Positions 30,493 to 39,946 of a DNA stretch of 64,000 nt are shown piece by piece. The stretch is taken from positions 384,001 to 448,000 of the forward strand of contig CBDATR010000010.1 in NCBI GenBank assembly GCA_965200155.1, given 5' to 3'. Position 1 is the first letter of the stretch; the number at the start of each line of letters is the position of its first letter. Under the pieces are notes generated by a model. It saw nothing but the letters and a program-made list of their open reading frames with translations. It was not told the origin of the DNA and searched no databases. The stretch is from Nitrosopumilaceae archaeon (lineage in GTDB: Archaea > Thermoproteota > Nitrososphaeria > Nitrososphaerales > Nitrosopumilaceae). The translations under genes and the position numbers were made by a program.

Positions 30493-30973
30493 TCTTTGGC
30501 GCATAAATGTAAATCATTATCCCAGTAAATGTCAGGGCACCCGTGGTTATGGCGAATATGAAGATGTATCCAAATGGGCTCTGCGTTCCCATGTTGAACG
30601 TATATGTAAGCGTCTGCCCGTCATCGCTCATTTCATAGAGATCCACTATGACTATATGATTTCCCTCCTGCTCCCACGTGTATGAAATGTCCCAATGTGC
30701 GCCTTCGTTATACGTGGGCGGGATTGCCGATATTTGCTGGTCATCGTAAAAGAACCTAATGCCCATGGTAAATTCGTCTACCTCTACAAAATCCCGGTCA
30801 GTCACTCTTATGAGTATGTTGGATGGCTCTCCTATGGGCGGAAATTCCGGTGTTGTGGCAACTTGGACCCTGTACCCGCCATAGAACTTTTCCGCGGAGT
30901 TAAACAGGGAGTGGGCATGCGCATCGGCGCCGAACAGTGTTACAACCAGAACCAGTACAGCATACTTCATCAT
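30464..30973 (-). CDS. Secreted, membrane-anchored hypothetical protein
   Basis: Signal peptide (AHAH), C-terminal TM. Confidence 0.7.
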   Translation of the reverse strand: MMKYAVLVLVVTLFGADAHAHSLFNSAEKFYGGYRVQVATTPEFPPIGEPSNILIRVTDRDFVEVDEFTMGIRFFYDDQQISAIPPTYNEGAHWDISYTWEQEGNHIVIVDLYEMSDDGQTLTYTFNMGTQSPFGYIFIFAITTGALTFTGIMIYIYAPKIMKRQRSVS

Positions 30974-31099
30974 ATACTGAATGGGTGATGCCGAATATAT
31001 CCTATGGTGCCCACTGTATGTCTAATTCGTCGTGCAAGCAAACATGAATTTGTGTCACCAATTTATGATTTATAAGTAGACCAAGATGAATCACCATAC

Positions 31100-31552
31100 A
31101 TGGCTAAGGTTTACGATGTGCCCCCAAATGTGCTGATAGAGCGGTTGGCCGTATACCTCAAAGAGAATGGCATGATTGTCCCTTCGTGGGCTCCCTTTGT
31201 AAAGACGGGATCACATGCGGACAAGCCGCCACAGCAAAGTGACTGGTGGTATACCCGTTGCGCCTCCATACTGCGAAAGATATACCTTTCCGGGCCTGTG
31301 GGGGTAAGTGAGTTGTGTGTAGTATATGGTGGCGGTAAGCCGTCAGGATATGGCGCGGCACATCATCGACCGGCCGGTGGGGCCATAATACGCAATGCCA
31401 TACACGGCTTGGAGGATATGGGACTTGTGAAGCGGATGGATAGAAGGGGTCGCGTAGTTACAAGTAAGGGCATGAAGGAGCTTGACGGTATGGCCACCGA
31501 GATATTAAAAGAGATGGTATCTACAAATCCTGCCCTAAGGGTATACCTATGA
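31100..31552 (+). CDS. rps19e: 30S ribosomal protein S19e
   Basis: WAPFVKTG, DWWYTRCASILRK, G.IIR..L..LE. Confidence 0.96.
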   Translation: MAKVYDVPPNVLIERLAVYLKENGMIVPSWAPFVKTGSHADKPPQQSDWWYTRCASILRKIYLSGPVGVSELCVVYGGGKPSGYGAAHHRPAGGAIIRNAIHGLEDMGLVKRMDRRGRVVTSKGMKELDGMATEILKEMVSTNPALRVYL

Positions 31553-31821
31553 GCATCCCTCCGGAATTTGATGATGGAAAGGAGCGTGAGATCGCTGCCC
31601 AAAAAGACACACTGTTGCGCCAAATACTCTCCCCGGAAGCTAGGATGCGTTTGGGTAATGTTCGCATGGTACGAAAGGATCTGGCTACCAGTGTGGAGAA
31701 CTATCTGATGAACATGTTCAGCCAGGGCCGCATTCAGCCTCCGGTCTCTGATGATCAGCTCAAGCAGATACTGATATCCATGCAGCAGCCCCGCCGGGGC
31801 TTCAAGATGAACCGTGTTTGA
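31549..31821 (+). CDS. PDCD5-like DNA-binding protein
   Basis: LRQILSPEARMRL.NVRMV, VENYL; adjacent to rps19e. Confidence 0.92.
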   Translation: MSIPPEFDDGKEREIAAQKDTLLRQILSPEARMRLGNVRMVRKDLATSVENYLMNMFSQGRIQPPVSDDQLKQILISMQQPRRGFKMNRV

Positions 31822-33715
31822 TAATGGTAAAACCAAACCTACCTGTCATACTCTTTATGGACTCCTCTATGTCTGTAGTTGCCGTATCCTGGTGAATGTG
31901 CAGACAGGTCTGTAGTCCACCCTTTAGTGCCTCCCCCATCTCCCCTGTGTTAAGTGGAATGCAATCGTCTATGGTTGATACGTCACGTACATCTATGACA
32001 CTTCCCTGTGTATATTGCCTGTCATGTACTAGTTTAGGAACACTTGTCCTACCATAACGTGCCTCGTCTAGTTCCACCAGCCTGCCGGATCCGGGGCTGG
32101 CGCTCATGCATATGGTTACCGGCAGATTAAGGTAACGATCATTTTTAACAACCCTGCGTGCTGCCGTATTTATCACTCTCATGGCCACTTTATGCGCCTC
32201 CTTGTCCGCATATCCCATTATATCATATATGGCCTCCTTGAGTCCAACTAGGTTTAGCGTAATTCCCAGTGACTCTGTCCTATTCTGTCCCAGTGTCTTT
32301 TTTAGAAACGGGTTCATTCCGTGACTGGTCATGTCCGAGACATCCTTCCACCTGTTTTCCAACGCCATTGTGACAGAATCTATGTGCATGGCCAGCTTTA
32401 CGCGCAGATATGACTCGTCCTGGCCTGATTCCCTGGCTAACCGTGGTAGATTAACGCCAACCGCGTGCATCTTGGCCGAGGTGAGTGGTGTGGCGCCTGT
32501 GATGCCGTTTGATCCCGTCTGGCCCGTATAAATGGAGATACTGCCCCCTTGTGCAGATATTGCTGCTAGGCTCTTGGCGAACTTATCTATGTCCTGGCCA
32601 TCGGGGTCCAATACAAGACCAACACGGGATCGCGGAATTATCCTGGTATACTTGTAGTATGCATCTATGACATCTGCAGCCCTGTCCCAAGATAGTGGCA
32701 CACCCAACGAAATGGTGGGGCCGCGCCTGTCTTCATGCATGAAAACCAGCATGTCGTATACGTCACTGCCGTCTATGTCTATCTGGGCGAATCCAGACAC
32801 AACGCATTCTTGTGATGTCTCCTCCGCTATCTCCTGTAGTGCAGTAGCCAGGCGCAGTGTTGTGTCTCCGGTGGGCATGCGGTTTCTGGGATACCAGTCC
32901 TCATTCAGTATGGCAGACACATTGGCAAATGTGGTATCCGGCATAAGTGACCATCGATGCAGGTTTGATATGTGAATATACCCCCTCATGTGCATATCTG
33001 TCACGTCCCTTGGTAGTATGTTGGAGAGAGCATACTCTGTGAATACATTCTCCCCCACATCCATCATGAGCGACTTCGCACTGCCGCCATTTGTGTTGTT
33101 AATCATCTTGTACACGTCATGGGCGGGCACGCCTATGCGATTCATGTTATTCCTATAGTCCTCGTGGCCTTCCTCTATCAATATCATGTTTGCAATATCC
33201 CTGATGAGCGGACCTGTGAGATGGGTTATCTTGTACTTGTGTATCCGTGCCTCCACTTCGTCAGTTATCTTCTGGGCAGACTCTATGGGGAGACGGCCTT
33301 CCCTTACAAGAGAGTTGGTTATCTTGGTGGGGTTGAACTCCTCTATGGATTGTTGTGAGGTTCGTACGTGAATGTGTCCGCTATCCATAATGGAATGCTC
33401 CTCCATCTGGGCATGCAGCTTTAATGCCCAGCGACCCAGGTTTGTTATGCCGTACCTGGCCCCGCTTGTGTTATGATTTACCAGCGCCAATTTGCGCAGG
33501 GTACGCAGATGATATGAGAACTTGCCGCTCTCCCTTTTGGTCTTGAATCCGGTGGTGGCCTTCAATTCACTAAATTGTAAGGCGCCCTTGCTGTTCAGGA
33601 CGCGCAGTATCTCCATGCGATCATTACTGGACATGGCTCCGAAGATCTTTTGAACCCGGCCTGAATTGACATACTCTGCATCATCCCTGCCGTGTTCCAC
33701 GACTGGAGGGTACAT
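31802..33715 (-). CDS. ArsR-type wHTH + ATP-cone + degenerate class III ribonucleotide reductase-like domain
   Basis: R.EILR.L..G...FSELK..SGKFSYHL; VRTS..IEEF..KI..SL; H.RGYIHI, VNLPRLA, GL.EA, R..LD..RYG, YT.G; no RxxGY. Confidence 0.8.
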   Translation of the reverse strand: MYPPVVEHGRDDAEYVNSGRVQKIFGAMSSNDRMEILRVLNSKGALQFSELKATTGFKTKRESGKFSYHLRTLRKLALVNHNTSGARYGITNLGRWALKLHAQMEEHSIMDSGHIHVRTSQQSIEEFNPTKITNSLVREGRLPIESAQKITDEVEARIHKYKITHLTGPLIRDIANMILIEEGHEDYRNNMNRIGVPAHDVYKMINNTNGGSAKSLMMDVGENVFTEYALSNILPRDVTDMHMRGYIHISNLHRWSLMPDTTFANVSAILNEDWYPRNRMPTGDTTLRLATALQEIAEETSQECVVSGFAQIDIDGSDVYDMLVFMHEDRRGPTISLGVPLSWDRAADVIDAYYKYTRIIPRSRVGLVLDPDGQDIDKFAKSLAAISAQGGSISIYTGQTGSNGITGATPLTSAKMHAVGVNLPRLARESGQDESYLRVKLAMHIDSVTMALENRWKDVSDMTSHGMNPFLKKTLGQNRTESLGITLNLVGLKEAIYDIMGYADKEAHKVAMRVINTAARRVVKNDRYLNLPVTICMSASPGSGRLVELDEARYGRTSVPKLVHDRQYTQGSVIDVRDVSTIDDCIPLNTGEMGEALKGGLQTCLHIHQDTATTDIEESIKSMTGRFGFTIIKHGSS

Positions 33716-33743
33716 CTACAACTAATTAATGATTAATCTACAC

Positions 33744-33926
33744 TCATACGGCGCGATCAGTACCTGACTTCTCTGTGGCCTCCAAATTAAAGTCTGCTGC
33801 GGCAACACGGTGTCCGCAGGATGGGCACTTGGTATCCACAAGACCGGCCGCTTCCTTGATTGACTTGAGTGTTCTTGTACTACTCAGTACTGTGTCACAC
33901 TTGCCGCAGACTATCTTTATTGTCAT
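33744..33926 (-). CDS. Small zinc-finger protein
   Basis: CGKC ... CPSCG. Confidence 0.7.
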   Translation of the reverse strand: MTIKIVCGKCDTVLSSTRTLKSIKEAAGLVDTKCPSCGHRVAAADFNLEATEKSGTDRAV

Positions 33927-33953
33927 GTTAATAGTAACGGGGAGGGGGCGTAT

Positions 33954-34319
33954 TTACAACTTTTCAATGAGGAGTCCGCGTTCGTCATATCCGTATATCC
34001 GGGCCTTGGAGCCCATCGGCAAGTCTTGGGGTTTTGCTATGCCTCCCATGAATCCGGATATGCGAAGATCTGCATCCTCTAGGGACATCACTACAAAAGC
34101 ATAGGGTGTGTACTCCTCAAAACCCGCGGGTGGCACCGTTATTATGGTATATGTCGCTACTGTTCCCCTTCCCGAAACGGTGTGATTCTCAAACTGCGCT
34201 CCGCCACAATTGCTACAAAAGTATATGGTATATGGGTGCAACATTTGGCAGCCTATGCATCTGCGCACCATCAACATTCCCTCGCATGCGGCCTTGATGA
34301 ACTCCTCCTTGCCTGACAT
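33954..34319 (-). CDS. DUF35 Zn-ribbon/OB-fold protein (thiolase partner)
   Basis: C..C..C..C plus G.V.TYTII.VPP.GF...PY. Confidence 0.9.
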   Translation of the reverse strand: MSGKEEFIKAACEGMLMVRRCIGCQMLHPYTIYFCSNCGGAQFENHTVSGRGTVATYTIITVPPAGFEEYTPYAFVVMSLEDADLRISGFMGGIAKPQDLPMGSKARIYGYDERGLLIEKL

Positions 34320-34321
34320 CA

Positions 34322-35476
34322 CTAAACACTTTCGAATATGTGGACGGCACAACTGGCCCCGGTAGCGCCAAAGTTGTGGGTCAGTCCTATGTGTGCGTCT
34401 CGTACGGTTCTCTCTCCGGCCTGACCAGTAAGCTGATCGTATACCTCTACTACTTGGCCAACACCCGTAGCTCCGATGGGATGACCTTTGGATTTTAGCC
34501 CGCCTGATGGATTAACCGATACCTGGGAGTTGAGGGCAGTAAGTCCCTCTCGGGCAGCCTCTACGCCCTGGCCCTTCTCAAAGAATCCCAAATCCTCGGT
34601 ATCCACTATCTCCGCAATGGTAAAGCAGTCATGCACTTCTGCCAAGTCTATATCTTTTGGTGTTACCCTGGCCATCTTATAGGCTGCCTGTGCGGCGATC
34701 TTGGTACTGGGTATTGTGGTAAGGTGTTCTCGTCCCTGTAGTGCCGCCGGTGAGCCGCCACGACCGGATCCAATTACCCTAACATAGTCACCACCGGTCT
34801 TTTTTGCAAACTTTTCATTACACAGTATCACGGCGCTGGCGCCATCAGAGAAAGGACAGCAGTCGTAGAGTTTTAGGGGACTGGCCACTACCGCGGAGTT
34901 CATTACATCATCGACGGTTATCTTCTTGCGTAGGTGGGCCTTGGGGTTGAGCAGCCCATTATCATGATTCTTTACTGCAACCTTTGCAAAGTCTTCCTCG
35001 GTTGCTCCAAACTCACTCAGGTATGCGCGAGCCATGGATGCAAAGAGGCCAGGAAAGGAGGCCCCGGCAGAGCCCTCGTGGAAGAAGTCCGAGCAGTACG
35101 CAAAGTAAGTAGTGGTCCATCCGGTTCCCGTATGTGTTACCTTTTCGGTTCCCACCGCCAATAGGCAATCGTAAAAACCTGCTGCCACATTGGCATATGC
35201 TTCCCTAAAGGAGACGGATCCGCTACCACATGCAGACTCTATGGAGAGTGACGGCCTGTCTGATATGCCCAGATTACTCATCACCACCGGACCCAAGTGT
35301 ACCTGCTTGTCCGCTATGCCAAAGACATTGGATATGTATCCTGCCTCTATATCCTTTGGCGTTATCCCTGCACTGCGTATGGCATCCGCGGAAGCCTGTA
35401 CTGTGATATCCACTATACTATCTTCCAGCTTGCCATACTTTGTACTACCTGCGCCAAGCACGCACACAGTTTCCAT
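34322..35476 (-). CDS. Acetyl-CoA acetyltransferase (thiolase)
   Basis: ESACGSG, KNH, DCCPFSDGA, EVHDCF, NPSGGL..KGHPIGATG. Confidence 0.94.
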   Translation of the reverse strand: METVCVLGAGSTKYGKLEDSIVDITVQASADAIRSAGITPKDIEAGYISNVFGIADKQVHLGPVVMSNLGISDRPSLSIESACGSGSVSFREAYANVAAGFYDCLLAVGTEKVTHTGTGWTTTYFAYCSDFFHEGSAGASFPGLFASMARAYLSEFGATEEDFAKVAVKNHDNGLLNPKAHLRKKITVDDVMNSAVVASPLKLYDCCPFSDGASAVILCNEKFAKKTGGDYVRVIGSGRGGSPAALQGREHLTTIPSTKIAAQAAYKMARVTPKDIDLAEVHDCFTIAEIVDTEDLGFFEKGQGVEAAREGLTALNSQVSVNPSGGLKSKGHPIGATGVGQVVEVYDQLTGQAGERTVRDAHIGLTHNFGATGASCAVHIFESV

Positions 35477-35602
35477 GTTACAACAGATTGATTTTCCATA
35501 TAAAAACTGTATATTGCAAGGATGGGGGTATCCGGGTTTCTGACTCAATCAGCGCATGGCTAAGCGCCCATTCACAATTGGTGAAGAACTAGTAAAACTG
35601 AA

Positions 35603-36654
35603 GTATGGGTTCACCTGTGTCTAAATTTACGCATAACTGATGGAACCGGTTACCAGTTAATGTGATTTGTGCATAAGATTCCGGAAGTCAATAGTACGAA
35701 AAGTAAGTCCGCTTAGGATCCGGTGTACAGTAGTTCAGATTGCGCAAACCACGAAAGGCTATGGTAAATAGAATAACAGAGGAATCAAGACAAAAGAGGC
35801 GTTGCCGCTACCAAAATAGCTCAAGACCTGAAACAAGACACGTACGAAGATTGTGAACCAGAGGACGGGAACGACTCGAGTAAAGATAGGCAGGCTCATG
35901 ATACCAATCACCGCCACCCAGATACGAATGGTAACTGAAGCATACAGCAAGGATCCCGCCGGAGTAGTACGTATTGCAAAGAGGCTTAGACAGAATTACA
36001 ATATATCGCGCAGTATATCGCATAATGAAAAAGAACGGTACAGCAGGATCATCACCTGCAGAGTGGGTACGCTATGAGCGTAAATATTCCAATGCAATGT
36101 GGCACTGGCATGTCATGAAAGATGAGCGCTTCAGGGGACTGAATCTCATAGATGATGCATCCAGGTGTATAGTCGGAGCGGCACTATTTGAGCATGCAAC
36201 CTCAGAGAACGCCGTTCTATTACTGAGACTGGCAATGAAACGATTCGGCGCCACTGCATCTCGGATAACGGCGCGTGTTTCGTAGGACAATAAAAGGGCA
36301 AAAAGAACTGGAAACCCACACTATTCGAGGAAGAACTGCTGGATCAAGACATCATACTAATCAATTTCAGACCATACCACCCGCAGACAAATGGCAAACG
36401 GGGGCGCTTCCATGGAATGATTGAGGACGAGATATGGTATTATGACAGTCTCCGGGATTATGTGGACTACTACAATGAGAGAAGGTTGCACGTCTCACTG
36501 GATATAGATAACGGCGAAACGCCGCTTCAGGAATAAAAAGGCGACCCAGACAATTAGGGCAAATGATGCAAAATGGATGGAGCGGGATGCCAATGACTAG
36601 CGGACCGACTTTTCACACATTACACACAAGATTCCGGAAGACGTGAACTCATAC
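35603..36654. mobile_element. IS66-type MITE, TSD AAACTGAA, interrupted by an IS481 copy
   Basis: Left part 35603-35687, right part 36625-36654; identical outer 8-bp flanks. Confidence 0.92.
35688..36624 (+). mobile_element. IS481-family element, defective copy B, 16-bp TSD CA(T/C)AAGATTCCGGAAG
   Basis: Same ends and motifs as copy A; duplicated 16 bp of MITE sequence. Confidence 0.9.
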
Positions 36655-36881
36655 AAACTGAATCGCTACCATTTGCCCACAAATATGATTATGGGTGATA
36701 TCATATGGAACGGGCGCTTGGTACACACACTCCATCATTTTGCGGGGTCTTACAGTGCCATTTTGTGCCGCATCTCGTGTTTTATTGAGTGATTTTTAAT
36801 TATTTATTATATTATTAATACTATGAATACTAACAATACTATGTAAGTAATGAATAATAACTATATCATCATACCATTATC

Positions 36882-37292
36882 ATGAAAATAGCCTTTGACA
36901 CATGCGTTGTAATAGACATAATGGAGAGCGCCTCGGTCGCCCGTAAACTGCGAACCAATCTTAGTGGCAAGCAATACAAGATAGTGCTGTGTCGCCAAGT
37001 ATTACGGGAGCTCAGACGGGTACATAACCTGACAGTTGATGCAATTCTTGGTAGCCTGCGCAAGATATTTGGTGAGAGACGCGTCGGCATAATATCGGAT
37101 CCCACAGATCTTGAGGATACCGCCCAAATGCTACGTAACCAGTATCACTATGCACATAATGGTGATCACCGCATTCTGGCCACGTGCCGCATACATGGAA
37201 TTGGCCTGATTACGCTTGATCGGGGAATGCTTAAGGTGGCCACCATGGTGGGAATTCCGGCATTTCACCCTAAATATGCAGGTGGGATATAA
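36882..37292 (+). CDS. PIN-domain (VapC-like) protein
   Basis: FDTCVVID, E.RR, D.RILA, LITLD acidic tetrad pattern. Confidence 0.85.
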   Translation: MKIAFDTCVVIDIMESASVARKLRTNLSGKQYKIVLCRQVLRELRRVHNLTVDAILGSLRKIFGERRVGIISDPTDLEDTAQMLRNQYHYAHNGDHRILATCRIHGIGLITLDRGMLKVATMVGIPAFHPKYAGGI

Positions 37293-37385
37293 TGGCCAGG
37301 GCGTATCCGGTTATAGTACGATTTGACGATGACAACGAGGATCCCATGGTATATGGCAACTAGTTGATTACTCGCTAGGTATAAT

Positions 37386-37838
37386 TTGGAAAAGGGCTCA
37401 TCCCGTATGTTGGGCACAACCGAAGACAAGTCTGTTCACAAAGTGAGGGTCACAAAGTCCGTTGTAAAGTCTCTGCGTGAGGAGATTTTGCAGTATATGG
37501 ATGGTGGCGGATACCTGGCGTGGTCTGAGAAGGATCACAAGTACCTACTATTGGGTACTAACTCGCCCCGTACCGGTTTGGTGAACTGTCCGGAGTGCGG
37601 CATAGGGAGGCTTATGGTTATACGTTCACGCGCTACTGGCAAGCGCTTTATTGGCTGCTCCAACTATGCCCAAGGGTGTACTGCCACATCCCCGCTTCTG
37701 CAACGAGCCCGTCTACGCGCCATAAAACAGTCATGCCCGGAATGCGGATGGCCAATAGTACTGTTCAGGTATTCCAGAGATCAAAAATGGTCCCGGCAGT
37801 GCTCTAACATATCCTGCACTACCAGGAATAAAGGCTAG
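37386..37838 (+). CDS. Topoisomerase C4 zinc-finger domain protein
   Basis: CPECG.G.L..R....RFIGCSNY..C, CPECG. Confidence 0.82.
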   Translation: MEKGSSRMLGTTEDKSVHKVRVTKSVVKSLREEILQYMDGGGYLAWSEKDHKYLLLGTNSPRTGLVNCPECGIGRLMVIRSRATGKRFIGCSNYAQGCTATSPLLQRARLRAIKQSCPECGWPIVLFRYSRDQKWSRQCSNISCTTRNKG

Positions 37839-38647
37839 CGCCGCTGTGGTCCGTGATACAAATCCAGGCGCCGATTCCTTAACAGGGGGAGCTTCTCTCT
37901 GGTGTCTGTGACTGCATCACAGTCTATGTCTGCGTATGCAATGCCCTCCTCGGTGCCCATATCCCGCAGTATGTCGCCAAAGGGGGAGACTACCAAACTT
38001 CTGCCACAGTATATGTTTCCTGTATGATCCGGGGCTATAACATAACACCCGTTCTCTATTGCCCTTGCCCGGTTCATTGTAATCCAGTGCTCTTCCTTTT
38101 TTTCGCCTTTCACCCAAGCCGATGGGGCAATCAGGGTGTGCGATCCTGCCTCGGCTAGTATGCGTGACATCTCGGGAAATCGTAAATCATAGCATACCAT
38201 CATTCCCGCGGTACCTATGGTGGTGGGAATGGGCTCGGATATGGCATCTCCCGGTTCCATCTTGGCAGATTCCCTAAATCCCAATGCGTCATACAGGTGT
38301 ATCTTGCGATATGATGTCTTTATGGCGCCAGAATCGCTAACCAGAAAGGCCGTGTCATACACGCGATCCCGTTGTGGACTCTTCTCGTAAATTGTTCCCA
38401 CCACCTCTATGTGGTTCCTTTTGGCTGCCTGGCATATGGCAGTCACAAACGGGCCGGTTATCTCCTCTGCCTGCTGTGCAAGTTTCGCACCACTCTGGGT
38501 ACTTGTAGTGTATAGCATCATGAACTCGGGAAAGGCGCACAGGCTGGCTCCTGCATCTGCCGCCTCCTCTATGTAGTCCTCGATCCGTTGAAGATTGTCT
38601 GCCTTGCTGATTGATGCACAAAACTGTACCACTGCGACGGTATTCAT
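37835..38647 (-). CDS. Carbon-nitrogen hydrolase (nitrilase/Nit family)
   Basis: FPE, YRKIHLYD, CYDLRFPE, RARAIEN. Confidence 0.93.
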   Translation of the reverse strand: MNTVAVVQFCASISKADNLQRIEDYIEEAADAGASLCAFPEFMMLYTTSTQSGAKLAQQAEEITGPFVTAICQAAKRNHIEVVGTIYEKSPQRDRVYDTAFLVSDSGAIKTSYRKIHLYDALGFRESAKMEPGDAISEPIPTTIGTAGMMVCYDLRFPEMSRILAEAGSHTLIAPSAWVKGEKKEEHWITMNRARAIENGCYVIAPDHTGNIYCGRSLVVSPFGDILRDMGTEEGIAYADIDCDAVTDTREKLPLLRNRRLDLYHGPQRR

Positions 38648-38655
38648 GAGTCTTC

Positions 38656-38832
38656 CTATAGTGGACTGCCCGCCTGGAACCAGTTCTCTTTGGGTTTTTC
38701 ATCAAAGACGACTATGATGTGCTCTTTCTTTGTGTTGAGTATGTTAATGGCAGCCTCGGTTATGGCCTGCGCAAATTCCCGCTTCTGTTCTGTACTTCTT
38801 CCGGGGTACATGGATACTGTTATCAGGGGCAT
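38656..38832 (-). CDS. 4-oxalocrotonate tautomerase family protein
   Basis: MPLITV..GRS.EQK...W..AG with N-terminal Pro. Confidence 0.9.
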   Translation of the reverse strand: MPLITVSMYPGRSTEQKREFAQAITEAAINILNTKKEHIIVVFDEKPKENWFQAGSPL

Positions 38833-38866
38833 GACAGTCCTTGTTGGAGGAAGTATAATAATTCTG

Positions 38867-39694
38867 CTAGTAGTAACGCCTGTCGTAGTAGTCCCGGTCG
38901 CCATAACCCTTGTCATAGGGATCATAACCGTAACGCGTTCCGTACATGTAGTCTCCCCGATGGGTAATCTTGTAGAGGTATCCTGTTCCCAGGCCTATGG
39001 CAAACCCGCCTATGTGGGCTAGGTACGCTACTCCGCCGCCGGCCACACCAAAACCGAAGTTGTTTATGAATAGGGGAAGTATGTTCTGAAATATCAGCCA
39101 GAACGGGAGGAACCATCTTGCCTGTATGTGCATCATGCGCCAGAATATGAACAACATCATTATGGTTAGTATACGCGCCTTTGGAAACAGTATGAGATAT
39201 GCCCCCAGTACTCCGGAGACGGCACCGGATGCCCCTACCGCAGGTATGGCGCTGCTGGGATCCCCCGCTATGTGTGCCAGTCCGGCAATTATGCCCCATC
39301 CCAGATATATGCCCAGATACTTTAGCCTACCGAACTTTAACTCAATGTTGTCACCAAATATCCACAGGAAAAGCATGTTGCCTCCCAAGTGAAGGGCTCC
39401 GCCATGGAGAAAAGTGGATGTCAGTAACGTGAGCAGGGAATTTGACGGGCAGTTTACCTGAAATGCACCATTTCCGAAATCTATATTCAAAATGTCGGCT
39501 CCCATTACGCACTGGGGCACGGCCCCCCAGCTGTAGAATAGGGCGAACGCATTGTTGTTTGTGAATTCCAGGAACTGGCCTGTTATAATGACCTCTATGA
39601 AGAACGCCGCGACATTGACGATTATTAGGCCATATGTCACTATGGGCCTCCAGCCTTGGGGATGGGGGTTTTCATCACGGATTGGTAGTAGCAC
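38867..39694 (-). CDS. Rhomboid intramembrane serine protease
   Basis: HLGGNMLFLWIFG, GASGA, AHIGG. Confidence 0.95.
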   Translation of the reverse strand: MLLPIRDENPHPQGWRPIVTYGLIIVNVAAFFIEVIITGQFLEFTNNNAFALFYSWGAVPQCVMGADILNIDFGNGAFQVNCPSNSLLTLLTSTFLHGGALHLGGNMLFLWIFGDNIELKFGRLKYLGIYLGWGIIAGLAHIAGDPSSAIPAVGASGAVSGVLGAYLILFPKARILTIMMLFIFWRMMHIQARWFLPFWLIFQNILPLFINNFGFGVAGGGVAYLAHIGGFAIGLGTGYLYKITHRGDYMYGTRYGYDPYDKGYGDRDYYDRRYY

Positions 39695-39946
39695 TGAACC
39701 TGTCTGGGTAGTAATTTTTGTATAAGTATTCCGCATCTAATCATGGTGGCCATTATGTCATCCCTGGCTCCATCCGACTTTGTGTTCCAGATGATCAGTG
39801 CATAGACGAACATGTCTTGAAATTGGCAAGCCTTATCCCAATGATCACAACAAGACCATACCCAGACTTGTAATCTCCTGTGCGACCAAACGGTTATCTA
39901 ATCATGGTAAAACGTTGGCATTATGCACGAGAACTTTCTGTGATTA

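Noticed and set aside
33954-35476. Thiolase-DUF35 pair as a novel system
   Set aside because: Well-known archaeal pairing, expected with the HP/HB cycle
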